Shown here piece by piece: positions 1-11,288 of a stretch of 64,000 bases of DNA. Position 1 is the stretch's first letter, and every line of letters begins with the position of its first letter. Source of the DNA: Catajapyx aquilonaris (lineage: Eukaryota); contig KZ538458.1 in assembly GCA_000934665.2 (NCBI GenBank), positions 1 to 64,000 of the forward strand, given 5' to 3'. The notes beneath the pieces are model-generated. The model made no database searches and was not told the origin of the DNA. It saw only the letters and a program-made list of their open reading frames with translations. The position numbers and the translations under genes are program-made.

Positions 1-68
1 GGCCTCCGTACGGATTTGCATAGCGAATAACAGGAGAGACAGACATACGTCTAGAAATATGTATTAGA
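1..68 (-). mobile_element. Possible 5' terminus of a non-autonomous Helitron-like element (runs off the window)
   Basis: Minus strand reads A|TCTAATACATATTTCTAGACGTATGTCTGTCTC. A TC start after A followed by a GTCT-type tract resembles arthropod Helitron-derived repeats. Only one end is visible. Confidence 0.3.
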
Positions 69-545
69 TTATTATTATTATTATTATTATTATTATTGTT
101 ATTGTTATTGTTATTGTTATTGTTATTATTGTTATTATTGTTATTATTATTGTTATTATTATTATTGTTATTGTTATTATTGTTATTGTTATTATTGTTA
201 TTGTTATTATTATTATTATTTTTATTATTATTATTTTTATTATTTTTATTATTATTATTTTTATTATTTTTATTATTTTTATTATTTTTATTATTTTTAT
301 TATTTTTATTATTATTATTATTATTATTTTTATTATTTTTATTTTTATTATTTTTATTTTTATTATTTTTATTTTTATTATTATTATTTTTATTATTTTT
401 ATTTTTATTATTATTATTTTTATTATTATTATTTTTATTATTTTTATTTTTATTATTATTATTTTTATTTTTATTATTTTTATTTTTATTATTTTTATAT
501 TTATTATTTTTATTTTTATATTTATTTTTATTATTTTTATATTTA

Positions 546-587
<42 letters not shown>

Positions 588-920
588 TTTTTATTATTAT
601 TATTATTATTTTTATATTTATTTTTTATATTTTCATATTTTTTATATTTTCATATTTTTTATATTTTCATATTTTTTATATTTTTATATTTTTTATATTT
701 TTATATTTTTTAATTTTTTAATTTTTTATTTTTTATTTATTTTTATTATTTATTATTTATTTATTATCTATTTTTATTTTTATCTTTATTTTATCTTTAT
801 TTTATCTTTATTTTTTATTATTTTTTATCTTAATTATTTTTTATCTTAATTATTTTTTATCTTTATTATTATTATTATTTATTTATTATTATTGATGATG
901 ATGATGAAGATGATGATGAT
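68..920. repeat. Degenerate (TTA/TTG/TTT)n microsatellite grading into (GAT)n
   Basis: Directly visible; explains the spurious poly-Leu/Phe ORF 96-713. Confidence 0.97.
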
Positions 921-939
921 TATGCTATTGCATTGCATT

Positions 940-1195
940 GGAGGGAAAAATCGATTCGATGATTTGGTTTTGTTGGCGATATTGCTTATCGATATGAGCC
1001 ACCGCCGATTTTATGGATTCGAAATTTTCTAATAGCGGCTACGTTATTATAGGCCCAGTGGGAACAAGTGGTGCCATCTGGAAAGGCTCGAAGAGGGCGC
1101 CATTGCTCGAGAAGGCAGAACATCATCGCCGTTTTTCCTTTGTCTCCAAACCTCCTTCGGGAACAACAAGACGGGTCCAGCGGTGGTGCTTCGGG
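940..1195 (+). promoter_or_regulatory. Candidate CpG-rich promoter A of DDX19 with DRE-like TATCGATA (987-994) and ATCGATTCGAT (950-960)
   Basis: Local CpG enrichment about 200 bp upstream of ATG 1196. TATCGATA is the DRE/DREF core motif of insect housekeeping promoters. Confidence 0.45.
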
Positions 1196-1246
1196 ATGGC
1201 TGAACTCCCGAAGATGCTGCCCTCACGTAGGTGGGGCTCGCTGGAG
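1196..1246 (+). CDS. DDX19: DDX19 candidate first coding exon 1a (MAELPKMLPSRRWGSLE)
   Basis: ATG in GGGATGG context, 17 codons, donor GAG|GTAAGG, phase 0 matching the exon at 15579. Confidence 0.6.
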
Positions 1247-2824
1247 GTAAGGCAGTAAAAGCATGCAGCTGGCAGAGCTATAGGATCGGGCATGCTACAA
1301 CAAGTGGATGTTATCATTATTACAGGGTGACCAAAAAAAAAGCGACGGAATTTTATCAGCAACCTGTTTTTTTGACAAAGTTATTAAGGTTTTATCATGG
1401 CGGATTTTTGAGCTGTGGGTAGTCTGGCCATGTCATGTGCATGCCAGGATTTGTCCAGTGCCAGGTAGCAGAGTGCAGTAACACCATATTGTGCTCGCTG
1501 GTTTAAACTCACCAACAGAGTAATGGGCACCAGTTTCTCGAACTACAGTACCTTGGTGTGTGGTTTTATATTTCACATACACTGAGGTATGTAAATGTCA
1601 AATGTAGGGAATGATAGCTGCAGTGTTGGGATATCGCCTACGTTATGTGTTGCACAGGCCTAGGTGTTTGGTGCTACCATAGCCGCTAGGGGTTGCACAA
1701 ATCTGCTGGTGCCAGTTATGTAGGGAAGATTGTGTGCCAATGTGTGCAAATAAGTTGGAACAACCAGCTAATTGTTCTATAGGCTGATAAAAATTTGCAG
1801 GCAGTCAGCTAGGCCAGTACTGGGGCTTAACTGCTTATTACTAAAGCACAAGTGTTTTGGGTGTAACTCATTAATGGATGTCAAAATGAAGAGGCTGCAA
1901 TCAAAACGTGTTTAACAATTCCATTTGGGTGCACTTTTGACTCATCAAGAAAAATGTAGGGCTGAAATGCAAGGGAAAGGGGTCAGACATCCCATTGAAA
2001 ACATGCCAGATTTGCCTAATTGTCTGACCTGGTCTGACCTGGTCTGACCCTTAGCTAAGGCAGAGGGAATGATCATGCCCAAATAAATGATTAATTCTCC
2101 TGCATTGACTCTCATTGGAACTGTTTATATTGCAATGAAATGTTGAATGGGGTCATAAGGATACTATAATATGACTTGTACATGCTGATCACTTGTAAGT
2201 TGATCCAATCATGTGAGTTTATTATTCTCTGGGCTTTTTGTGGGCAAATTATTCATAATAAATTGCACTTGAGTAAAAGGGTGCAAGTAAAGCAATATAG
2301 AAATAGGAATCCAGTTACACCTTGTGTGTGGTACTCACCATTTCAAGCCAGATGATATGCAAGGTCAAAACATGTACTCTTAGCCTATGAGACACACATT
2401 CTTTTGTGAACAATGTAGGTGCTGATCCTTACATAACATTCCTTGGGCATTGCAAGTGAGACATGTCCTGCAGATAGTGGCACTCACAGAGTACTTCGAA
2501 GATTGAGCATCTACAACAATGTTGGCTGAAAGTACATATAGATTTTTCAATTTTCCCTGATATTAAATGAAGAGTGTTAGCTGTTTGAGCACATATTTAT
2601 TAATTACTGATGATGGTAAAGATTTCTATTAACATGTACTTTAATTTTGGAGGGAGATATTGAATTAACTGAAAATGTCAGGTTTCACATTCAGGAGACA
2701 ATACATGCTCCAAACATCAGACACTACAAGATATTTTGCTTCTGCATTTTTGCACCACATGAAATGGTTGCAAATGTACTTGCCTAAAGACTTTAGTTCT
2801 GTAGATCTGCAAAGCATAATAATA

Positions 2825-3660
2825 CGAGGCGCGTCCAGAAAGTAAGTTCCGTTTTTTTTATGAGAAAACCCACAATGGACCCCCAGAATTTTTATTTACA
2901 CGTCTGAAATTGACAACTGTCTACATTTTTTCTAAATTTTTACCTAATCGAGGAACTTTTTCATTGAGTTACACACGATTTTGTATGCTTATGTCTCTGC
3001 TGTCAGCCATTTCCGCGATCCCTGAACGCTGGATTGCAAATCCTCGTCATCATCAACCTTCTGCTTTGCAAGCCATTTCTCCCTGTCCATGGACAGGTGG
3101 TAATCACTAGGCTCTAAATCCCATGTGACAAAAAATTCTCACGTGAATTGTTGTGGCTGAGTTCCAGTAAGCAAGGCAGTGTGCAGGGGGGCATTGTCGC
3201 ACAAGAAAACACCCTGAAACCCAAAGCCAAAGCAAATGCATCTGTATATTGAGTTGCGGTGTGTTTTCTTGCGTGACAATGCCCCCTTACGTACTGCCTT
3301 GCTTATTGGAACCCTGCTGCAATCATTCAAGTGAGAATTTTTTGATCACCTGGGATTTAGAGCCTATAGCGATTTCCACCTGTTCATGGACATGAAGAAA
3401 TGGCTTGCAAAGCAGAAGGTTGACGATGAAGAAGAATTAAAATCCAGCGTTCAGGGGTCACAGAAATAGCTGGGGGCAGGTTTCTATGGCATAGGCATAT
3501 AAAATCATTTGTAACTCATGAAAAATGCCTCAATTTGGCTGGAAACTATTTTGAAAAAAAAGTCGACAGTTGTCGATTTCAGATGTGTAAATAAAAATTC
3601 TGGGGGTGCATAGCGGTTTTTCTAATAAAAAAACGGAACTTACTTTCTGGACGCTCCTCG
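2825..3660. mobile_element. Mariner-derived fold-back element built from two transposase 3' ends
   Basis: TA|CGAGGCGCGTCCAGAAAGTAAGTTCCG...CGGAACTTACTTTCTGGACGCTCCTCG|TA with about 400-bp arms. Right arm translates to decayed FLRDNAPLRTA...FDH...SDFHLF...HEKCLNLAGNYFEK. Confidence 0.9.
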
Positions 3661-3807
3661 TAATTTGGTTTCTCTGCTATCTTTTTTAAAATTTTGAATG
3701 TTGGTAAATGTGTGTGTAGGAGTTGACATGTGGCACATGAGCAGTATAATGTGTTCCTGGGAACCATCACATGAGGTAGATTGTATAGTAATTTATAGTT
3801 GGATGAA

Positions 3808-3933
3808 TCATCTCCTGCGGAGTTCGGGGTCATCTCCGGCTTCGTCTAGGGTGGGATTTCCGCTAGACGAACCACCTGGGGGAGCTCACAAAATGACCAT
3901 ATTGCCGACATTGCACTGCACATTGCACATCCT
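3808..3933 (+). mobile_element. SINE family A internal fragment
   Basis: Matches the core of 4474-4820 (CCACCYGGGGGAGYTCACAAAATGAC...CATTGCAC). Confidence 0.75.
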
Positions 3934-4473
3934 TGTCGAAACATGACAAACTGTACTACTTTGTGACAAAGGTCTGTGCAAAACCTCATATGAGGTACGC
4001 ACTATTCCCAATTATTATTATTAATTATTATAGTGGGATGAATGAACAATAGTCAACATCAGGCCAAGTAAAGTTGTAGCCTGCGCACCATAACTATTGT
4101 CTGCTGCAGGGAAGGTTGGTCCACATCAATAATCAAAGTAAATGGGTGAGGAAATTAAGTGCAATGTAATCCTGACTTAAGAAATGATAGGACTAGTTCC
4201 AAGTATAGTAATATTTTTTAACAGATCCAGAAAGTTTGGAATAATCCTGCTGGATGGTGTTATCTATAAATGTTTGAATCAATATGGACAGTGGGGGTAG
4301 TCACTCAATAATAATAATCCCAAGAATTTTTCATTATGTTAAACAATTATTATCTTTGGACTTGACCTAGAGCTCACACACGTACTGAACCATAGGATGC
4401 CACATTGGCTTCAGATTACTTAATGGAAGTTTTGAAATTGCGAGCTTTCAATTTTAATAATATCCGTATGATG

Positions 4474-4820
4474 TCGGGGAGACGGAGTGGCGCCGCGGTA
4501 ACGCGTGCGCTCACGGAAGTTAAGGTCCCGGGTTCAATCCCCACCCGGGGTTCCCACCTTCTTTCGTGCAGAGTTGGGCCATCTCTGGCTTCGTTTCGGG
4601 TGGCAATTTCCGGCAGACTAAGCCACCCGGGGGAGTTCACAAAATGACGATTTGAGACATTGCACTTGCACTTTGCACATCCCCTCCTACCCACCCTTGG
4701 AGCATACTAATTAAGATTCTTCTTAAACTCGCTCCAAAAACAATTCCAAAGGTGGCAACCCACCCCCCCTAAGGAGTAGTATAACTCCCCCCGTGGGGTA
4801 ATGAGAAAAAAAAAAAAAAA
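4474..4820 (+). mobile_element. tRNA-derived SINE family A, copy 1
   Basis: A-box-like TGGCGCCGCGG, B-box GGTTCAATCCC, poly-A tail, 12-bp TSD ATCCGTATGATG (4462-4473 / 4821-4832). Five related copies in the window. Confidence 0.92.
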
Positions 4821-5252
4821 ATCCGTATGATGAAGCTGGAAGTAGCCTTAGATTTTGTTAGGGTTAGTGCTGCTGCTTTCCAAAATTTGGAAGAAATGAC
4901 ATCCGAATTTAAATACCCGAGGGTTATCCTCGAGTATTTAAATTCGGATGTCATTTTCACTTGACGTATTCCTGACTATCCTGAGTAGGCCTACTATTTA
5001 TTGCAATATGACATGGTGCCACCTTTCCTAAAAACCATTAGCTTACATTTATCAGGATTACTTTTTAATGATTTGTTCATGAGCAAATTGGTTATGAGGG
5101 TTTCCTGCTTTGTGCAAATAGGTAATGCAATGTAGGGTGCTTATACGAATGCAGTGATTATGTTCAAAAATCAAGAGCAGATTACTAGTTGCCATGTCAT
5201 TTGTCTCCCTCAGTTGCAAACTCCCATATTGTGGATTCCAACACAGGAAATG

Positions 5253-5368
5253 TAGCTATCAAGGGGTAAATCACTCATGAAGTCTGTTGTATGGTATAAG
5301 GCGCCAAGTCGGACAGGTCCGGCTTTTTACAACGCTCAACTGCCGAGTGATTTACCCCTTGGTAGCTA
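5253..5368. mobile_element. Small MITE-like inverted repeat
   Basis: TAGCTATCAAGGGGTAAATCACTC ... GAGTGATTTACCCCTTGGTAGCTA (24 bp, 1 mismatch). Confidence 0.7.
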
Positions 5369-5688
5369 TGGTATTTACCTGTCAGATACAATTCTATGAT
5401 TTATGTGCTTTATATGATGCTGGTGTAGGCTGAGCGAATGTGTTTCATTCTCTACTGTAATGGTATATTTGCCTGCTGTACACCATTTCACACTGTGTTC
5501 AGGAGTTGTACTGCCCATGTGCATGAAACTTATTTTGTGGCTAACAGCATGAAATCTGGAAGGAGTGTGTAAACTGTTACATGAATTGCCCTTTGGTGAT
5601 CTTGCTATCTTCAACTAATCTAAGATGGCAGGGACAAGTTCCATGTGGAGTTTTCTAGCTCCTATATTTTCCCAAGGTCCCATCACCC

Positions 5689-6150
5689 TGTAACGGTACA
5701 TACGTTACCCCAATTGCTCTCCCTTCTTACAATGCATCCCTGCCATTACCACCCTGCCATATCCATCCTATCCCCTATATATTGCCCTCCACCTTTCAGT
5801 CCCATTCCTGCCCCTACCTCCCATAAAACCCTCCCTCTGTGAATGACACCCTGTTTGCCCAACTACCCAACGGTACGATCCTCTCTTGACCTCGCCACCC
5901 CCCTCCTTCTTGGGCACCCTCCTGCTTTCCCCTGCCTTTTTGGAGTTAGTCTGGATTGCAACCTCCTCCAGATGACACCCATATTCCTCCTCCTGCACCT
6001 ACAACATCCCCCGTACATCCTCCCTCGATCTACATTGTAATTGTTTATCTTGCCTCAATACATCAGTTATTCCACTACTATTGACTCCCCATATTCATTC
6101 CTCACACCCCCGTGACACTTCCCTCCTGACTTGACGTAATAAGTGTTACA
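5689..6150. mobile_element. Probable solo LTR (Ty3/gypsy-like)
   Basis: TGTAAC...GTTACA termini, 4-bp direct repeat ACCC on both sides, 462 bp of compositionally distinct C-rich sequence. Confidence 0.55.
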
Positions 6151-6433
6151 ACCCCCACTCAATCTCTTCCACTTCTACTTCTTACAGTAATATGGGAGCT
6201 TGGACATTGAATGCATGGTTTAGAATGGCTCTAATTTTGTGCTTCCAATGCATGTCATTGTCTCCTTAAGGGCCTAAATGGCAGGGGGCATGTAAGCTGT
6301 GAGTCTTTAGGATGCACCATGAAAGAAGCATACTAGATCAGTTGTGCTCATGATTTGTGAGACACTTTTCCATCATCACAGTAAATGTTATATTCCGGTC
6401 ACGAATGAGTGTTTGCTTCTATGTAATGTTATT

Positions 6434-7313
6434 GGGCAATTCCACGCGTTACGTACAGACAATCGGAAGCTGTATTGAGGTGTTTAGGAGTCCACCGTGG
6501 CTAGGTACTTGCCGTAATAGATTAAATTTTATGAAAATCAGATGCAGCGCAGAAATGTGAAGGTGAGGGACATCATGGAAATTTCATTCGATGGCCATCC
6601 ACGCATGTGCGATTGTCTGAAATCTCGTTACGTACAATCCGTCATTGGACACCAGTTTCTGGGGTATATGCAACTAGGGGGAAACTCTGCGAAATTTGAC
6701 AGCACAGGTTTCGAAGCTCAAGTGCATGTGGGGCGTGCGAGGAACCTCATCATGCCATATTAGATTGGGAGAATTCTCATTTTGAATGTGAAAACATTTG
6801 AGATATCCACCCGTTACGTACCACCCGGCATCGTTACATACAACCTGCAGCGATTTACTGGGAGTAGCATAAATTTTTGGAGATTGGAATGTCTGTGAAT
6901 TCATAATCTTATAATGGCTCCACTGCACTGAAATAGGAACTAGGTCAGTTTTTGCCCTTTGGATACCTTTTGGTGTGGCTGTGGAAGGTCACACATTCAT
7001 GAATACAGCAAAGTGATTGCACAGACCAATGTTGCATTTTGTGCCCTTGAATTATATGAAGACGTCTGTCTCTCTTCCTTTCACATATCGGTACAGCGAA
7101 TAACCAGCTGGCAATGCGCATTAGTCGAACGGATATAGAGCGCACGCTTAGATACTCTGGGAATAATACTGTGTTGTTGGGAATGATACTGTCACAAACT
7201 AACAATGGCTAAGGAAACCATGGTCCACATGCTATCGGTTTTAGTCACTCAGATTCCAACTGCGTCAAGATGTAAGAACCGCACCCCATGTCCGCTCTTT
7301 CGTGGAATTGCCC
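6434..7313. mobile_element. Non-autonomous TIR element, superfamily unassigned
   Basis: 13-bp perfect TIR GGGCAATTCCACG / CGTGGAATTGCCC; interior is CpG-richer than the flanks; TSD ambiguous. Confidence 0.65.
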
Positions 7314-8047
7314 TATGTATAGTGATCCCATGACTTTTGGCACTTCAATTCAGTGTATATTTGAATTATAACTTATTTGCATAATCTAGAATCTAGATAT
7401 TCACATAACATATTGGGATTAACTCTCCTTAAATGCTGACTACCCTCTGCTACCCTGAGAGGAAAATGTACTGTTTTGTGTATTCACGGCATACTGCGTT
7501 ACTGCCTAATCCCAAAAGTGCACCGCTCATAGGACTTCTCCACCTAATAAAATCAACCAGATAACCTTAAGCATTTTACTAGCAAAGAAGCGATAAAATT
7601 AAGCATACTTTACTTCATTTAAAGGGCATCATGGATGATGATCATCTCCATAACATTCATTTGCGTTTTTTTGTTCCAAGTGCCAGGAGATGAGTATGCA
7701 CCATTGTTTCACAAAGTAGCTCACATTTATGCAGCTGAAGTGTGCCCACCCACATGCCCTATAAGCAATCTGAAGGGGAAGGACAGGAAAAAGGAAAAAG
7801 ATAAGAGGTTGTGCTGTGCAGCATTTGGTTCTTCTGACCAACTAAAATTTGACCGGTTCCAATTTGATGCTGGCCAGTCTGCAACATTTAAGCCAGTATC
7901 AGTATGTACCCCAGTATCGGGGCTTCATGAACTTTACAATTCAAACAATCAACTGCCCATTGTGCATCATCTGGCGTCCCAAGGTAAAACACCCTAACTG
8001 CAAAACTAGTAAAGGTGAATAAAGACATAAAGTGATAATGTGATAAA

Positions 8048-8256
8048 GACATGAAACCAAAATCAGCATCTGGCAACCTCCTTGCTCTATATGGCAACCT
8101 CCTTGCTCTATATGGCAACCTCCTTGCTCTATATGGCAACCTCCTTGCTCTATATGGCAACCTCCTTGCTCTATATGGCAACCTCCTTGCTCTATATGGC
8201 AACCTCCTTGCTCTATATGGAAACCTCCTTGCTCTTACTGATTTTGGTTTCATGTC
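8048..8256. repeat. 21-bp tandem array (TGGCAACCTCCTTGCTCTATA x about 7.8, 8071-8235) bracketed by a 19-bp inverted repeat
   Basis: Units are directly visible; flanks are GACATGAAACCAAAATCAG and CTGATTTTGGTTTCATGTC. Confidence 0.93.
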
Positions 8257-8599
8257 ACTTGCCTTGTCATAATTTATCTCCATTCTGCACATACTGGATT
8301 ATTCCCTAACTAGACCCCGTCAATTAAATATAGTTATTGTTGTAATACAGAGCTACAACAGTGATCAGTATTAATATTGGCATGCGCTCTCGACGCCATT
8401 ATTATTTTTTCCAGCGGGAAATAGCCATTCATTAATAGCGGTTATCGCGATAACCGTTATCAATTAATCCGGCCACGTGGCCTTGACATATTATAGCTGC
8501 AGCTGAAATGGGCACGAATTCATCTCGTGTTGTAATAATTAGGACGTGATGAGCACTTTGCTTAATTCTAAAGATGTTGAGAACTACTTGTAGTGTACT

Positions 8600-8830
8600 G
8601 CACATCACATGGAAAACGACACCTGAAATTCGAAAATATCGATATACACACCGACGCGTATCGATTCGATACTGTTAAAAGTAGCTGCTACAATCGGCCT
8701 TCCTTCCTGTGATCCTGTGATTGCTTCCGTTTCCTTCTTTTGCCAATTGGGCTGTTTGATCCGGAGTTCTCTGGGACCCAGAATCTGTTGTGATCCTGGA
8801 GTAATCCCCAGCATTTTCGGCAGTATTTCG
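8600..8830 (+). promoter_or_regulatory. Candidate CpG-rich promoter B of DDX19 with TATCGATA (8637-8644) and ATCGATTCGAT (8660-8670)
   Basis: CpG-rich patch inside a CpG-poor intron; the same two motifs as promoter A, about 160-195 bp before ATG 8831. Confidence 0.45.
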
Positions 8831-8881
8831 ATGCAGAGTCCCGCCCCACATCTACCGTCCCGTCGGTGGGAACTTTTGCAG
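8831..8881 (+). CDS. DDX19: DDX19 candidate alternative first coding exon 1b (MQSPAPHLPSRRWELLQ)
   Basis: 17 codons, donor CAG|GTAATG, phase 0; shares LPSRRW and Leu16 at identical positions with exon 1a. Confidence 0.6.
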
Positions 8882-9193
8882 GTAATGGCTTCTGGGTGGG
8901 CAGATGGAGACTGGTTGACTCAATTTTGTTCTTTTGTGCCCTGTCCATGGATGGTTCTTATGGTCTTTTTGTGTTTAGGGAACTAATATGAATTAATAGA
9001 AACAAAAAAAAGTTCACAAATTCAACAAAAACTTTACCCAGCATAACTGGGTTAATGATAGGGCACTTCATAGAGAACAAGTGCAATGCTGTGTGGGAGC
9101 TTCTTCTGTTACTGTGAAAAATTGTTGAGTATGCTTGCTGCCCACTTGTTAATGTCCATGAGGCTATCTTTTAATTATTAGTACTTATTAGTA

Positions 9194-9823
9194 CCGTATT
9201 GCCTCACTTAAAGCGACATGCCGGCGTAGTCCAGGTCAACCAGTTTTCAGAAATGCATGATCTGGTGGCTATACCGGCAGGCCGCTCTAAGCGCGGTATG
9301 CCAGTATAAGGCGAGGTTTCCTTACAATCTCTATGAAAATTTTTATTACTCAAAGGAATGCATTACACCATGTTCTACTGTACGGATACAGCCCAGGACA
9401 CTTCTATCACCTGACACATCCCATAAGATCGTTCGTTAAGTTCAAATACGGCAACATTTTCAATTAAAAGTGCAAGGCTGCTAGAAGGGAAGAAGGAAAT
9501 TGATAACCACTATGCAAAGTGATCATCTCATTGCCAACGAGATCTGCGACCAGCTAACTATTGATAGCAAAACGAAGGACTGAAGGAATTTGCCTAGATC
9601 CTTTGTAATGTTTAGGGGGTGTTCCCCTCTCAGAGCAGGCTGACAGTCGGATTGGTCACACACTATGCCCTGTGCAACAGATGAACTTGCACATTATCAC
9701 AGCCCTGTACTCGCACATTTTTCATCGTAGCATGATTTTAGTACTGTATCAGATGCATTCAAAAAAAATTGACAAGGATCAAAAAGACAGAAATCTACCT
9801 CGGGTATTGCGGCATACGAATGC
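9194..9823 (+). mobile_element. TA-flanked CCGTATT-type DNA transposon relic (Tc1/mariner superfamily, pogo-like)
   Basis: Starts TA|CCGTATTGCCTCACTTAAAGCGACATGC; 9498-9823 is the reverse complement of 33599-33920; right terminus missing. Confidence 0.65.
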
Positions 9824-10330
9824 AGTCCAATCATTCCTACCTCAAGTCCACTGCTAGAGCGGGTGGCAATTATACCAACATAGTAAAAACTTGCTCACTA
9901 AAACACCAACAGTGGCAGGCATGCATGAGTGAGTCACGGAAAATGCAGCCACCTGTAGTAATCAGGTCTGATTTGGAGGGAAATGTGATCCTACTGTCTG
10001 CAGAATTACAAGAAGCAGTGAAGTCAGCCTGTGTGAACTTGTAAGGGTCAGTGACATGCAGCCAACTTAGATATACAGTCACATTATACAAGGTTGGCCA
10101 ATATTTTGCCATGAAGGGAGGGAGGGGAGAGAAATAATATTTGCCAAGCTGGACCAGATGTTTGTCACGAGACAATTATTCAATTCTGAAATTACGGATT
10201 TGGGAGTGTACCGACTCTCAGAGACATTGGCATGGAATCAATACAAATGTGTGCAGCTATCTGATATAATGGACTTCCATTCATTATAATTATGCTTACA
10301 ATAGCAGTGGAGCTGTTCTTCGCATGGCCT
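9822..10330 (+). pseudogene. Decayed transposase fragment, resembling the animal CMC/EnSpm-type C-terminal region
   Basis: Translates to QSNHSYLKSTARAGGNYTNIVKTCSLKHQQWQA, then TLYKVG and DIMDFHSL, recalling the RFEAKH-xxK...NFxNIxKTLAxRHQ pattern. Recognised from memory only. Confidence 0.4.
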
Positions 10331-10945
10331 ATTTGCTTGTTAAAGGAAGTCAGAATTGCTGCAGACCGGAAAAATTCTAAATTTCAGTCATATATAGACT
10401 CAAGAAAGTGCAGTTTTCTGACTTTTCCCTGAATCAGCAGTGCGTAATTACCTCCTCTGAGGAGGACAATCATGCCTTGTATAGCGGAATCGACGCCCAT
10501 ACAGTGAAACCTGTACATTGCAGAATCACACGGGGCCCTAAGTTTTTCCTTAATGAATAGGTTTCCACTATATTCAGATCAAGCACGTTACTGGTATTTT
10601 TCGCCGGTGAGAAAGAGAGGAAAATGGGGAGATCAAAAATAAGCAAAATCAGTCCAACACAAAAGCATTTTTGTGAAATAGTATGTTTTACCCAGTTTTA
10701 CCGTGTGGTTTTACCTGGCGTACAGCACATCTTAAAAACAAGAAAGGCAGTTTCATTTGCGGTTGAAAATGTACTCTTGGAATACCCCGAACAAACGCCT
10801 CCTTCAAATATTCTACTTCGATATTCACGACACTTGCATCACCACACTAGCTGTTTTCCATGAAATTATGTGCCTGTTGCAGAAACTTTCCAGCCACCCA
10901 CTTCAAGCACTAAACTTTGCCGCAACAGTTTTGGACTATTAATTT

Positions 10946-11288
10946 GTTATAATTTTTAAATATTATTTTACCCCATTGAGAGATCATCGCTCTATTAGGG
11001 GAGTGGAACACCACCATATTTTCCATTTTCTTAATTTTCTTCAGCTCCGTGCGAAGATGACATGACATGGGGAATGGATGGGGATTTTTGGTGAGGAGAC
11101 AAGGGTGCAGTGCAATGACATAAACTGGGTCATGTGCAGTCTCCTGGAGGTTAGGTTGCCAGACACCTTCACAGCGCAGGTCAGAGACCCTCCTGATGCA
11201 GGTGAAAGGGAGCGCCCGGACAGGGATGAACCTGGGACCTTTCACTCAGCAAGCCGAGGAGTTACCATCTCGGCCACCACCCCTCCCC
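10946..11288 (-). mobile_element. tRNA-derived SINE family B, copy 1
   Basis: Minus-strand A-box TGGCCGAGATGG and B-box-like GGTTCATCCC; tail ...CAATGGGGTAAAATA; TSD TTTGG(A/G)CTATTAATTT (10930-10945 / 11289-11304); similar to 20657-20982. Confidence 0.85.

Noticed and set aside
96..713. 205-aa poly-Leu/Phe ORF (and similar ORFs at 12835, 43891-44474, 47597-48021)
   Set aside because: Translations of trinucleotide microsatellites.
4474..4560. tRNA genes at the A/B-box motifs
   Set aside because: No full cloverleaf or T-run terminator; each continues into a shared core and tail, usually with TSDs, so they are SINE heads.
8071..8235. CRISPR-like array or repeat protein (GNLLALY)n
   Set aside because: Units are contiguous with no spacers, there are no cas genes, the context is eukaryotic, and several frames are open as expected for a 21-bp repeat.
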